This document shows, in pieces, positions 1 through 12,312 of a DNA stretch of 64,000 nt. The notes under the pieces are model-generated. The model had not been told where the DNA came from and made no database searches. It saw nothing but the letters and a program-made list of their open reading frames with translations. Origin of the DNA: Azolla caroliniana (taxonomy: Eukaryota > Plantae > Polypodiophyta); the NCBI GenBank assembly GCA_043228905.1, contig JBHGNT010000014.1:16058001-16122000 (forward strand). The letters run 5' to 3'. Position 1 is the stretch's first letter, and each line of letters begins with the position of its first letter. Position numbers and translations under genes: made by a program.

Positions 1-51
1 TGAGCAACAGATTGAAAGCAAAAAGGATAGAGAAGAGAGGAAGAGCTATAC

Positions 52-507
52 CTGTAGGCGAATCACATATTCCTCCTCCTTTTCCATGAAGAAAGTGTTG
101 AATTTCTCGAGCTCAGCATTGAGGAGATGGATGAAATCGGCCTCTTCTGCAGTTAGGAGGCCTTGGTGGCAGTCATCAGGGACGCTCCCAGAGCTACTCT
201 TCGATCCCGTGAGAGCAGATCCGCCATCAGGAGAGTCAAGGGAGGAATTAGGGCCCTGGTAAGGAGGAGGAAGGGCAGGGTTCTCTTCTTCAGAGGCGGG
301 AGCATTTCCATGGGGTAGGGCATTCCGATTCATGGCAGGAGGAGGAGGGAGATCGTGCTCAGGGCTAGAGAAAGCTGCGTCTGTGAAGCAATCAGGGGCG
401 GAGATGGATTTGAGCCTCTTCTTGAGCTGCTTGTAGGAGAGATACTTGTCTCTCCACTCGGGCAGCGTTTCATCGATCTGGCTCTGAAGCCGTTTCCCAA
501 ACTTCAT
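52..507 (-). CDS. SPX-domain protein (SPX1-4-like phosphate sensor), first coding exon; gene continues off the left edge
   Basis: ORF starts [33 protein letters not shown] and ends [21 protein letters not shown], both hallmark SPX segments; donor CAG|GTATAG at 52/51. Confidence 0.93.
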
Positions 508-723
508 GGCGCAGAGGAAACAGTAGGGATCGAAGCTTTTGTGGGAGAGAGAGAGAGAGAGAGAGAGGAGGAGGAGGATGAAGAGGGAGAAGGAAGAGCT
601 TCTGTATCTGTATCTGTATCTGTGTCTGTGTCTGGACTCTGAGCCTGTTCTGTTCTGCGCCTGCGTCAGAGAGAAGAAGAAGAAGAAGAAGAAGAAGAAG
701 GGGAGGGTGGGGGTGTGAAGGAG

Positions 724-779
724 GCATATTCTGGGAGGAATCCAAGAAGATTCTTAAGGCACATGCACAGAGCATATTC
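724..779 (-). promoter_or_regulatory. Two P1BS (PHR1-binding, GNATATNC) boxes upstream of the SPX gene
   Basis: GCATATTC at 724-731 and 772-779 (GAATATGC on the gene strand), about 220 and 270 bp upstream of the ATG; SPX genes are established PHR targets. Confidence 0.8.
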
Positions 780-789
780 CTCAAAAGGC

Positions 790-793
<4 letters not shown>

Positions 794-823
<30 letters not shown>

Positions 824-1608
824 TCTGCTTCTCTCTTGCTATGCTTCTTCTCTCTCTCTCTCTCTCTTGCTATGCTTCTCTCTCTCTCTCTCTCTCTCTT
901 ACTGTCTCTCTCTCTCTCTTACTTTCTCTCTCTTCTCTCTCACTCTGCTTCTCTCTTGCTCTGCTTCTCTCTCTTCTCTCTTGCTCTGTTTCTCTCTCTC
1001 TTTACTCTGCTCCTCTCTTCTCTCTCTCTCTCTCTGCTTCTCTCTCTTTCTCTCTCTCTCTCAGAAGCCGTTAATACATATATGATATATATATATATAT
1101 CTGTCTTTCTCACTCTCTCTGTTCTCTCTTTTTCTCTCTCTTACTCTGTTCTCTCTTTTTCTCTTCTCTCTGACTCTGTTCCTCTCTCTCTCTCTCTCTC
1201 TTACTCTGTCCTCTCTTTTTCTCTCTTTCTCTCTCTCTTACTCTGTTCCTCTCTCTCTCTCTCTCTCTTACTCTGTCCTCTCTTTTTCTCTCTTTCTCTC
1301 TCTCTTACTCTGTTCCTCTCTCTCTCTCTCTCTCTCTCTCTTACTCTGTCCTCTCTTTTTCTCTCTTTCTCTCTCTCTTACTCTGTTCCTCTCTCTCTCT
1401 CTCTCTCTCTCTTACTCTGTCCTCTCTTTTTCTCTCTTTCTCTCTCTCTTACTCTGTTCCTCTCTCTCTCTCTCTCTCTCTCTTACTCTGTCCTCTCTTT
1501 TTCTCTCTTTCTCTCTCTCTCTTACTCTGTTCCTCTCTCTCTCTCTCTCTCTTACTCTGTCCTCTCTTTTTCTCTCTTTCTCTCTCTCTCTTACTCTGTT
1601 TCTCTCTC
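794..1608. repeat. (CT)n microsatellite field with a higher-order minisatellite unit
   Basis: CT runs punctuated by alternating TTACTCTGTCCTCTCTTTTT and TTACTCTGTTCCTCTC units, most regular from about 1140 to 1600. Confidence 0.95.
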
Positions 1609-1634
1609 ATTTTACTTTATATTCTTCTCGGAGT

Positions 1635-2513
1635 GACTTCATGCACTTCTCTAAGTTATGTTTTATTATACGACCAAAATATCTAGATGCATTCTTACCA
1701 AATGCACTAATGGTTGTTGCCATTAGACAACTTAGAATATCATCTCACCAACTTGGGATTGAGAATGGTCGTACTAATGGAGTCCCTAGAGAGGAAAGGA
1801 TATGTAGATTATGTCACATAGATATAGAGGATGAGTACCACTTTATATGCAAGTGTCCAACTTACGCCGAGATAAGGGCAAAATACCGAGACATACTCGG
1901 TTCCTCTCCCACCCTCCCCAAACTATTAGATACTCTAGATATAAAGAAATTAGGCAAATATATCCTAGAGCTAAAACAACACAGAGAGATATAAGCTGCA
2001 AAATGTTGACAATAATGTTTCTAATATTCACCAACATGTAACAAATGAAGTTTTTCAGGGACAGGGGGAGACAACGAATGTCGACACACCTGCACCACTC
2101 GGCCTCTTCCTTGATGAAGCAGAAAACCAAAGAAGAACCAAACGCCCTCGGATGTTGGGTTTCAAAGCAACTGGACGTGGTGTAGAAGCAATTAAGAAAA
2201 TAAGGGAACATGAGCTACACCGCCTAGAAGCCATGGCTAACACAGGGACCACAGGTCACACCCACACCGAAACCCTTTGACCTCCCACTTCTTTTCGAGA
2301 GGCTTGGGTGGAAATGAAAATAGACTTACTGCAAAGTCATTTCCTTTATCGAATATGTTACACCATACCATGTTTTGTACAATACTAGAACTCTTTTAGC
2401 TTAAGTTTTTTTTTTTTTTTTGATGATTGGATAAATACCCCGTTTTGTTGTACACCAATAGTCTCATGGGCCAATTTTTGGCCTTCGAACACGTTAATAT
2501 TTCTTTCTTTCTC
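1635..2513 (+). mobile_element. 5'-truncated non-LTR retrotransposon (RTE-X/L2-type LINE) 3' end
   Basis: LRISSHQLGIENGR...RICRLC-EDEYHFICKCPTYAEIR C-terminal zinc-finger motif, 3' hairpin at 2469-2483, (TTTC)n tail; homologous to 46010-46555 (-). Confidence 0.85.
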
Positions 2514-2598
2514 ACACAAGAAGGACACTATGGAAATGAGATGGACACAATATATGGCTTGTAGTGTAACAACTTACCAATAGGGTAAGCTAATTATG

Positions 2599-2602
<4 letters not shown>

Positions 2603-2653
<51 letters not shown>

Positions 2654-2732
2654 TGTGTGTGTGTGTGTGTGTGTCACTCTGCCCTAGTACGTGTTGATAT
2701 GTCATGTGGTGTCCATCTCATACATGTCAGTA

Positions 2733-2776
<44 letters not shown>
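2603..2776. repeat. (GA)n and (GT)n microsatellites next to a duplicated ~45 bp segment
   Basis: Runs read directly; TTGATATGYCATGTGGTGTCCATCTCATACAT occurs near 2694 and again near 2816. Confidence 0.85.
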
Positions 2777-2779
<3 letters not shown>

Positions 2780-3349
2780 AGAATGTATGTGTCTTAGTCT
2801 CTAACCTGCCACGCATTGATATGCCATGTGGTGTCCATCTCATACATCTTGAAAAACTCATTGCCAATAATGGATATGAGCCTCCCAGTGAGCCTTGCTA
2901 TAAGAATCCAAATTAATATGAAGCAAATTTAAAGGATATAATATGGAAGAAAGGGTGTTGGACCACCCCTTAGCAAAGGTGAGAGATGGATTTGAGTTCC
3001 CCGTCGGCATCTGACATCGTGAAGTTCAGACATGGATTGTACCTTGGGCTTGAAGAAGGATGAACATGTGTACAATGCTAGAACTTTGTTGCATTGCCAT
3101 GGTCTCTATCACAAACAATAAAGACAAACTCATTAATGATGGTAGCTAACCTTGTTACATTGGATCAAACATTAGCCCTTGGTTTGTTTCACACTTCACT
3201 GCATATTGTACGCAATCAAGTGTTGAAACTCACGAAAGTTATCGTCCATTGTAGAATTGAGAATAATCCAATATTCACCCTTCATTCCTTACGAGTTAGC
3301 CCACACCTAACCCTAAGGTTAGAGACTACAATTATGGTTATCCTCATAG

Positions 3350-3800
3350 CACTCACTTCTTCGAGTAAGCATATGTTTGTTTTCTTCTATCTGGATCTCC
3401 ACGCTCAACTCTATTTGTAATCATTGGCTACACATGTTTTTTCTCTATATTTCTTCATCGAGCAAGAGGCGTCATTCTTACATGGCTTGAAAAAACTCTT
3501 TGCCAATGGGAATCAAGTCCCTTATCGAGCCTCGCTTCCCAAGTGAATAAATGTTTGTTTCTTCTACGCGGAGCTCAAGTTGCAACTCTTCACACTCATT
3601 TCTATTTGTAATCGTTGGCAACACATTGTGTTTTTTTTTCTAATCTAGTAAGTGGTCTCAATCTTATATGAATAGAAAAAACTCATTGCGAATGGATATA
3701 AGTCTTTTATCGAGCCTCACTTTTTCGAGTGAACATGCTCATTTCTACGTGGAGCTCAAGTTGTTGGTTTCCATTATCTTGTAATTATGGTTCCATATAG
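3350..3800. repeat. Degenerate tandem repeat, ~185 bp unit, about 2.5 copies
   Basis: Recurring blocks CTCTATTTGTAATCRTTGGC, AAAAAACTC.TTGC.AATGG, TTATCGAGCCTC and GGAGCTCAAGTTG. Confidence 0.7.
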
Positions 3801-4499
3801 TCTTTTTCATTTTTGCCATGCTATTGATGTGGGACATGATGGGAAGCCGCCTTCAATAAAGGCCTTTTTGTTTTTGTTTAGAGTATTAATTTGGAACAAC
3901 ATGGGACTTTCACATGTGGAAGCCACTAACATCCTATCATTACTAAATTGAGCATATGAAGGAAAATATTTCCCTACGTGTTAGCATTTGCACGTTGTAC
4001 CATCCATTTTCTAGCTCGTCATAATTATTGATAAACTTGATTAATTTAGTCACATGTTTTGTTGCATTTGAGATATGATCAGAAAATCTTCAAGTCACTC
4101 TCACAAGAAAAGTGCTCACATTTGGACGTTTTTACTGTTCGTAGAGTACAAATTATCCTCCATTCACCCATCGATATGTAAATTGAGGCATGCCATTGTT
4201 CATAAAATGGAACATAAACCTTAGAAACCTTTTGTTGTGTGAAAAAGGCAATTGTCAATAGAAATTAGATGCCTGTCTAATTTAGATGTCATTAGATTGC
4301 TTGTATATTTTTACACTTCTAAAGACACATTATTCCTTATAATTTCAACATTGATTATGTCATCCCTATGTCCAATCCATTTAGAGTAACAAATCTCATT
4401 GAGGCATCATAAGGGGGAAAGCTCCGCTAATTAAGCTCTCACTTGTAAAGATCACACAGAGGCTTAGTATGCATTCAAAGTATCATCATATTACAAGGG

Positions 4500-5000
4500 T
4501 GAAGTGGTCACCATAGAGTTTAGGACCCATCGATGTCTATTGGACCATTAGCTAGATCAAATCATAATGGAGACGAGAGTTCTGTTGTCAATGCATTTCC
4601 AATTATAAGTGAGCTCGTACAAACATTCAAGAGATATGTCAAGATCCATGAACCCAAAAAATTGGAGATATGTTGCACAACCGAGGAAACTTTTGTTAGT
4701 CTTCGCCGAGTGAGCTTTTTGTCTTTTGTGGTTTTCTTTATGAGCATTGTTTTCAAAGAGGCCAATTTTGGGGCAAATAGGTTAAAATGTCCTTTTAGAG
4801 TATATGGGAGAATATATCATACCACCAAAAGGGCCAAGAAAAGTAAAAGAAACTTTTAAATTTTTACATTCAATGTGCACCTAGAAGGGATAAAAGTGCT
4901 CAGAGTTCTCCTTATCAGTCAAAGTTTCATCGGCGGAGCGATTATTTTACTTCATCGATGTTGCACAAAAAGTACATTAAGCTCCTGGGAACATGTAAAA
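4500..5000 (+). mobile_element. Degenerate hAT-like transposase remnant
   Basis: SSVVNAFPIISELV near 4580 and (LRVLL)-SVKVSSAERLF near 4900-4950, resembling the hAT dimerisation motif LSxPxSSAxxERxFS; many stops. Confidence 0.45.
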
Positions 5001-5517
5001 CTCAGTAATTCTCATAAGAGGTAAAACTATTTCAAAACAAAACCATAAAAACTAATCTTCCTATGTAATTTATACAATAGCATGAATGGTGTCTTAATAT
5101 TAGCCATACAAGGATGTATATGTCTTGTGAATATTGCCTTACATTTTCCTTTCAAGCTCATTAAAGGAAGCATATAGGTGGATGTGTGTGTTGCAAGGTT
5201 AAGTCACAACAAGAATTAAGATATCTTCAACTCAAGGTCAAATTTAGGGGGTCCCACAAACAAAGGTGACACGGTGCCAATTCAATTCTTTGAGATAATT
5301 GATACTTATTCATACCTCTAAAAAAGTGAGAAGCATCACAAATTTGGTGAGAAGTTCCATTCCATTTTTCAAAACTTCTACATAGAAAAATTTCCACATA
5401 TTGAGGACACGAGTTCCACAATTTTAAAAGAAACGAATATTTAAATCTACACATCAAGCACTTTCCAATGATGTGTTAGATGAGGGCTTTTGACAAAGTC
5501 GTCATAAGGTTCATTCA

Positions 5518-5536
5518 GGTTTGGAAGGATCAACGA

Positions 5537-5568
<32 letters not shown>

Positions 5569-5707
5569 TCGACTCTGTGAAATGACTTGAGAGTGTAGAA
5601 TAAGTGGGAGCCTTTGACACAAGTGAAATATCACTACTTTTAATGTTATTTTACTTACTCCATAGGTGGAGGCGGGGCTCAACCTTTGCTTCTGGTCTTA
5701 AGGCGCG
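5518..5707 (+). pseudogene. Dispersed, decayed fragment of nuclear 25S/26S rRNA gene
   Basis: GAAAGAAGACCCTGTTGAGCTTGACTCTAG...GTGAAATGACTTGAGAG.TGTAG.ATAAGTGGGAGC...AAGTGAAATA.CACTACTTTTAA.GTTATTTTACTTA is conserved eukaryotic LSU sequence; only ~190 bp present, with substitutions. Confidence 0.92.
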
Positions 5708-7564
5708 CTTCCTATTTTTCTTGCAAAGAGTTTGTCATATCACGACACTATGTAAGCCATGCCATACTCCAATTTGAAACGTATCTATTATGTGCAAGAA
5801 AAGGACGAAAAACAATAATTAGGAAGAGGAAAGAGGAAGTACGGAATTATATCATTTTATCATTTGCTCCATATTTAGTAATATATGTCGGCATCGTACC
5901 AACATGTGGATTGAAGAGAAGGCTCTTGTAAAAAAGAGACGTTGACATTGGGAGAAAGATGCATTGTTCTAATGGAGCATGATGAGCAAGTTTTCAAATG
6001 GCATCGTAGGTCTTATGATGAATCTCACAAGTATATTACACAATGATGTAATCTTTTGATTTAACCCTAGAAGGAATGCATGCTTTATTGCTAAACTTTT
6101 CGTTATTGTTCCAATAGCAATTAGGCCATTAGCCCTTTGCTAGGGCATATGTTTCCTATTACCATAATCTTCTTTAATCTCTCACATTTGAAAAATGCAT
6201 ATAATGCTATAGAAGTGGAATGAGCAGCCTTATTTTACATGAGAATGAAAGTATTTGTGCCACATAATAATTGCTTTGCCTCGATACTATATCAATAACA
6301 TGGTTAGTCATTGGTTTTACCATCGGCTAGAGTATATGTCCACATTTTGCAAACATGAAAAAACATGCACTCTCTTAATTAGGACATCCATGGAGAAACA
6401 ACAAAACTTGACAACACATTCCTATGCAAAATTATGACATATTGGAACTATCATTTTGTGTATATATAATTTTTATCATGTGCAAAGTGCAGAGCATACT
6501 TGTTATGCCTACATATTTTAATAATACAACATAGTTTCTTTTCCTCACATTTTGAGCTCCATTAACACTGCTTATGCTCATATTACTTATGCACCTTTAC
6601 AGCATCAGAATTTACTCAATCATAAGAAGCAAGACCTGTCATCACCTGATGTTTTCCGAAGCACTCTTTGCCAATTCATTGTTATGTATCCATCTAGGAA
6701 TCAAGGTCATATATGACTTCATGTTTTCTATAAGCTATAAATTGCCTTTCTTATTAAATGCGTTATTTTACGCCAATCTTCTATTGATAACTTGATTTCT
6801 TGGCAAGTCACAATACCAAGAAGACATCTGACTTGTTTTCTGCTGTTACTTTCATTCCCAGATTCTTTGAAAAACAAATTTAATACTGATTTCTTGCAGG
6901 AGACTTTCAAGATGCCATTGAAACTTTGCATTACTGAAAACAATCTTTGTCCTTTAACTTATAATAAGGGTTGAATAACACTCGGTGCTAAGCTTGACCT
7001 TGACACACATCTTTTTTGAGTGTGGTGTCCTACGATGTGAAAGTTCCCAAATAAGTTGTTTTGGCCCATTTGCAGACACTTGTTCTTACCCATGAATATC
7101 ATAGGCGACTCCCAAATTACAATGAGAAGAGTCCAAATAAGTTTCTGTAGATTTTTTTGGCCCATTTGCAGTCACTTGCTCTGGCCCAAATTACAATTGA
7201 AGAAGTATTAGCTTCTCCAAATTTTGGGGACTTCCCATCTCAGTTTTGTTTAGAAAACATGCGTCAACTTCCAAACGATTTTATTGACCCATTTCCCGCT
7301 ACGTCACTAGTAGATCAAGCTTGTATTACTTTTGTTATTCGTGAGCTTCTTGTCAGCACCGTCTTTCTTTACATACTCATCCATGAGTGTATTGTAGAGC
7401 AAATTACACACCACCAATTCTCCCTCAATCTATCCAAAATATGCAATGTACATTTGGATGACACACCATTCCTACAATGGAACATGCTTGGGTGCCACAT
7501 GTGACATCATAGAACCTTGAAAGTTTCCATCTAAATAAACAGAACAATCCTGACTAGTTGATAA

Positions 7565-10120
7565 TCACACAGTATCTTGAACATTTGCAAGGAGGTTCGA
7601 CATTAAAACAAACGTTCCAGCACCTTTCACATCTGACTTAACTAAACAATCAAAGGCAGATCTACCAATTTCTATACTGCCCCATCTCCTACAAGCACCC
7701 AGTAAGGTATTCCATGTGACATCATCAGGTTCAACTTGCATAGTATTCAGCATTTCTGATATTGCTTCCAGTTGTCCTGCTCGTCCAAGGAGATCAACCA
7801 TGCAATTATAGTGTTCAAGAATGGGAATGATTCCATGCTCTCTAGTCATTGAATCAAAATATTTCCTACCCTTATCCACAAGGCCATCATGACTACAAGC
7901 ACTAAGCACATGAAGATATGTGATTGCATCTGGCTGTACACCTGCTTCTTTCATTCTTTTGAAAGTCAGGAAAACAGATTCACTCTCTCCTTGTTGAGCA
8001 TATGCAGTAATTAAGGCAGTCCACATTATATGGTCACCAGCCTGAATGGTATCAAAGACGATCTCTGCATTATGCACACTTCCACATCTGCCATACATAT
8101 CAATGATAGCAGTTGCTAATACCATGTCACTTGCCAGAAATCCACCTGTTCTATGATTTTGAGCATGAACTCTTTTACCTATTTCTAGATCTGTTGTGTT
8201 GCTGCATGCTCTAAGCATACTGACAAAAGTTACTGCGTCAGGCAGCAGAGCTTGCTCTTGCATCCTTGCATAAGATCTAAGAGCTTCCTCACTCTCTTGC
8301 AGCATTGCAAATCCGGATAACAGAGTATTCCATACAACATGGTCTCCAGAATGTAATTTACTAAAAACACTTTGTGCTTCTAGAACACTGCCACATCTGA
8401 AATACATGTCTAATAAACTGCTACAGACAAAACAATCATTGTCCAACCCCGCTTTAATAATTTGTGAATGTAGCTCTTGACCCTTATCTAAAGCTTCAAA
8501 ACCATTGCAAGCTTTCAAGCTGTAGATATAAGTGATAGGAACTGGCGAAAACCCATCACATTGCATCTGCTTGAGACAATCCAGTGCTTTCTCACCGAAA
8601 TTGTGATCCACATACCCTACAAGGAGTGCATTCCAGGAGACAGTATCCTTTATTTGCAATGTTTCAAACACTTCTTCTGCTTCTAGAAGGGCATCACAAT
8701 TGCAGTAGAAATCTACTAAGGTATTTCCAATGAGGTAATCAGTTTCCAATCCCCTTTTAACTATCTCCGCATGTAATGCATCACCCCGGACCCGGCTCCC
8801 TAGGCTACTGCACGCTTGCAAACCACGAACATACGTTACTGGATCTGGAGAGAAATTTTCCCTCGTCATTTCAGTCAAACAACTTAAGGCCTCCTCCTCA
8901 TGGCCGTGTTCAACATATCCTCCAATCAGTGCACTCCATGACACAACATCTTGGACTGGCATCTTGTCGAACACCTCTTGGGCTTCAATGAGTAAACCAT
9001 AATTAGAATACATGTCAATCAAGCTGTTGCTAGTATAAGTATCAATTTCAAAACCTCGTTTCATAATCTCTATGTGCACCTTTTGACCAAGTGTAACAGG
9101 GCCTGCACCACACCCTTTTAAAATGCACATCAGCGTCACAACATCAGGAGAGATGCCTTCTATGGTCATCTTCTCAAGACAATCTAATGCCTCCTCAATA
9201 TGTCCATATTCACAACAACCAGCAATAAGTGAGGTCCACATAACCACATCTTGACTAGAAAATTGTTCAAGGATTCTGTGAGCTTCAGGAAAGGAGGCAC
9301 ACTTAGCATACATATCCACAAGGGCACTGCAAACAAAGGAATCATTTCCATAACCTCTCCTCACAATGTCACTATGCAAGTCCCTTCCTTTCCTCAAACG
9401 TAGTGTATTGCCACATAGCTTGAGGCCACTAACATAAGTGATAATGTCAGGAGTAATGGCTTGCGATTGCATCTCTTCCAAGAAATTGAGAGCCTCTTCA
9501 TAAAGGCTTTGTTCAGAGAAGCCTGTGATGAGAGCATTCCAAGAGATAGAGTCACGACACTCAAGGTTATCAAACACATCGAATGCTTCTAAAAGCATAC
9601 CAGATTTTGAATACATATCAATCAACGTATTTCCGAGGAAAAGATCAGTTTCGTAGCCTTCTTCAACAATCATAGCATGGATTTGTAAGCCTTTATGCAA
9701 TGCATGCTTCAATCTTGCACAAGCTTTGGCTATCGCAAGAAAAGTGAATCTGCTCGGATCCACACGTGAGTCTTCTCGTTGCATCATGTGAAACAAGGTA
9801 ATGGCGTGTTGAGATTCTCCACATTCTACATAGCCTTGGATCATTGAAGTCCAAGAGAACTCATTCGGAGAGACTAACCTGGAGAAGACTTGAAGAGCAT
9901 CGGGGATGTTACCACATTCAACAAACATAGGAACAAGATAGTTGCCGAAATGGTTTTCGAGGCCGATGCCATGGATACGGAGATTGACCCGTTGAGCAGC
10001 AGAGAGGTCTTTGTTGTCTCTGCACGATTGGAGATTCAAGATGATATCCATCATAGGCGGCAGCTCTACAGAAGTCACAGAGTGGCCTACTGTACAGGAT
10101 ATGGGCACAGGCACAGCCAT
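7565..10120 (-). CDS. PLS-class pentatricopeptide repeat protein with truncated E domain (organellar RNA-editing factor type), no DYW
   Basis: Intronless ~850 aa ORF of repeated P-L-S triplets (LIDMYSKSG, DVVSWSALIGGY, PDAVTF), HYNCMVDLLGRAG, then WNTLLGACRRWG...FVLMSNLLA and a stop; the start could be 10120 or 10168. Confidence 0.93.
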   Translation of the reverse strand: MAVPVPISCTVGHSVTSVELPPMMDIILNLQSCRDNKDLSAAQRVNLRIHGIGLENHFGNYLVPMFVECGNIPDALQVFSRLVSPNEFSWTSMIQGYVECGESQHAITLFHMMQREDSRVDPSRFTFLAIAKACARLKHALHKGLQIHAMIVEEGYETDLFLGNTLIDMYSKSGMLLEAFDVFDNLECRDSISWNALITGFSEQSLYEEALNFLEEMQSQAITPDIITYVSGLKLCGNTLRLRKGRDLHSDIVRRGYGNDSFVCSALVDMYAKCASFPEAHRILEQFSSQDVVMWTSLIAGCCEYGHIEEALDCLEKMTIEGISPDVVTLMCILKGCGAGPVTLGQKVHIEIMKRGFEIDTYTSNSLIDMYSNYGLLIEAQEVFDKMPVQDVVSWSALIGGYVEHGHEEEALSCLTEMTRENFSPDPVTYVRGLQACSSLGSRVRGDALHAEIVKRGLETDYLIGNTLVDFYCNCDALLEAEEVFETLQIKDTVSWNALLVGYVDHNFGEKALDCLKQMQCDGFSPVPITYIYSLKACNGFEALDKGQELHSQIIKAGLDNDCFVCSSLLDMYFRCGSVLEAQSVFSKLHSGDHVVWNTLLSGFAMLQESEEALRSYARMQEQALLPDAVTFVSMLRACSNTTDLEIGKRVHAQNHRTGGFLASDMVLATAIIDMYGRCGSVHNAEIVFDTIQAGDHIMWTALITAYAQQGESESVFLTFKRMKEAGVQPDAITYLHVLSACSHDGLVDKGRKYFDSMTREHGIIPILEHYNCMVDLLGRAGQLEAISEMLNTMQVEPDDVTWNTLLGACRRWGSIEIGRSAFDCLVKSDVKGAGTFVLMSNLLANVQDTV

Positions 10121-12312
10121 GTCTTTATCTTGCTTGCTCTGTGGTAACAGGCTGATATATATATACATATATCACATCTCTACATGGTTGATCTTCAGAA
10201 TTGAGTTATCCAGTAACACGACGATGAGGTGTGCTGCTGATCAAACATAGCACTTTGATCATCAGACTCCTCCTGGATAATCCATGGCAGGGAACAGAGC
10301 ATTTGGACCTCCAAATTGTTGTGTGTATCATAGGTGTTTCTCGAAATCCAATGGGCATTCTTGAAGGATGGATTGGATTGGATTGGATTGGATCGGATCA
10401 GGTCAATCCAACGGAGGGAACAGGGCATGGACCTCGAAACCCCGACTTGCTTCTCGAAAGACAAGACAAATGTGCACCATTCTTTGAAGGACCGATCCAC
10501 CGATCGGACGGGCGATCCACAAACCCATTTGGGCAACCGCAAGTAACCGACATAACTACCTTCTCCAGTGGTTTTCATGCATAGTCGCCTACCACGCCAT
10601 TTATTTGGGAAATGGTCCGGCCGCAAATTTGTACGAAGTTCAATATCGCCGATCATTACCTCTGTTGTGAGAATTCTAACGTGTTCCCTCAACTGGAAAC
10701 TCTCTCCAATCAAGACCCAAATATGTAATTGTGTAGGTATGCTCTAATGGATTTCGAGGCCTTTATGAGAAATTAGATTGAATAAATATTGATAGTATAT
10801 GGACACCTTGTAAAGGCCAAATAGCTATATAATATGTTGTGATTAGTTTTGGGCATCAATTAAAAAAGAATGATTATTGTTCTTATGTGAACGAAATTGA
10901 ACATGAAAGTATGGTTGCTAATATTTCATTGTTATGAGTAATGCAATACCAGAAATCATTTGAAGCATCTGAGAAATATTTCTACATTAATGTGAAGATG
11001 AATGTTTCACATTGTCATCAATCAAACTCCTACTTACCTTATAAGTGTTACCAGTATATCTATCAATCAAGCAACATTTAGTGTTGCATTAGTCTTTTGT
11101 AATTTCATGTTGTGAAGTTTCAATTCATCCCAACATACATAGCAAACTAGAATTCTATTTTTTCCAATCTCAAGAGATAATATTTTTTCATGAAACTCAT
11201 AACAAAGTTATCAATTATTGCGTTTGGTTATATTTGTTTATGCCACTTATACAACGCATGAACTATTCCAAGTGTTGAACATCAAACCCATGTTGGCTTG
11301 TTACTAAAATACAGTCCAAATAAGGTGAACATGTGAAGCCCACACTAAGAATTAAAACTAAATGATGATCAATATATATTAATATCCATGGATTGCCACC
11401 ATGACACATGTCATTCCTCTTTAACCTTACCATTTCCAATTTCGAGACGCCCTATGAAACCATAAGCTATCAATTTGAAAACAATAGAACCCTATCCTTC
11501 ACCTATCTTCAAGCAGTTCAAGGGTTTCATCAGATTATGCTATTCATACTAGTATTTTCTTTTCTTGCATTTTCTTGGAGTGTTTCAAGGTTACCTCTTT
11601 GAATCGATATTTGTTTGCAATGCATTTGCAAACACACCTGCCTGTAAACATTGTGAATGGAAAGATAAAAACACGTAAAATAAGCACTTCGATAAAAATC
11701 TAGGGGACGAAAGGAAAGAAACCAATTTCAACTTTGCCCATCTACTATTGTTGATTCAAGAGTAATATAAAATATAAGAAGGATATATCACTTCAAGAAA
11801 ATTTCCAAAAGGACCTCAGGTAATTGAGAAAAAATGAATTGGCATCACATTGTCTAAAGAGCATTTCGAGTTCTAATAAAGTCGAAACAAGGATGAGCAT
11901 TGAATGAATCCATTTGACAACACATGCAACAAAAATCTATTACCTTTAAGCATTAAGACAGGTTGACATAATTAGTGTCAAGATTGCTGACTGTAATTGT
12001 TCATTTCATGTAGGCTAATTTTCCACTGAGCAACAATACATGCTTGCCATGAGATAATAATCACCACATGCAATGAGATGAAATAGAGCAATTTTTCATC
12101 TCTTTCAATTAAAATCTCAAGTATACAAAATCTTTTATAATATTTGTATATGGCATGATTAATCTAACATGACCGCTTGTAAACTAATTGCCCTAAACCT
12201 CAAAACAAGGATTGAGGTGGAAAATTAGTATCCCAATTTATGAAGAAAACCCATCAGAACTGCACTGAAAGAGGTTAATAATGGGAGCAGTAGACCAACA
12301 ATCCACCTGCTT

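Noticed and set aside
1140-1600. Regularly spaced repeats as a CRISPR-like array
   Set aside because: Eukaryotic context; the spacers are just variable CT runs, not unique sequences
715-1636. Long Leu/Ser-rich ORFs (up to 266 aa)
   Set aside because: Translation artefacts of the CT microsatellite
2469-2483. LINE terminal hairpin as a histone 3' stem-loop
   Set aside because: Similar size but a different consensus, and the copies mark retroelement ends, not histone genes
10195-10713. 172-aa ORF upstream of the PPR gene
   Set aside because: No recognisable domain; spans (GGATT)n repeats and the probable promoter or 5' UTR
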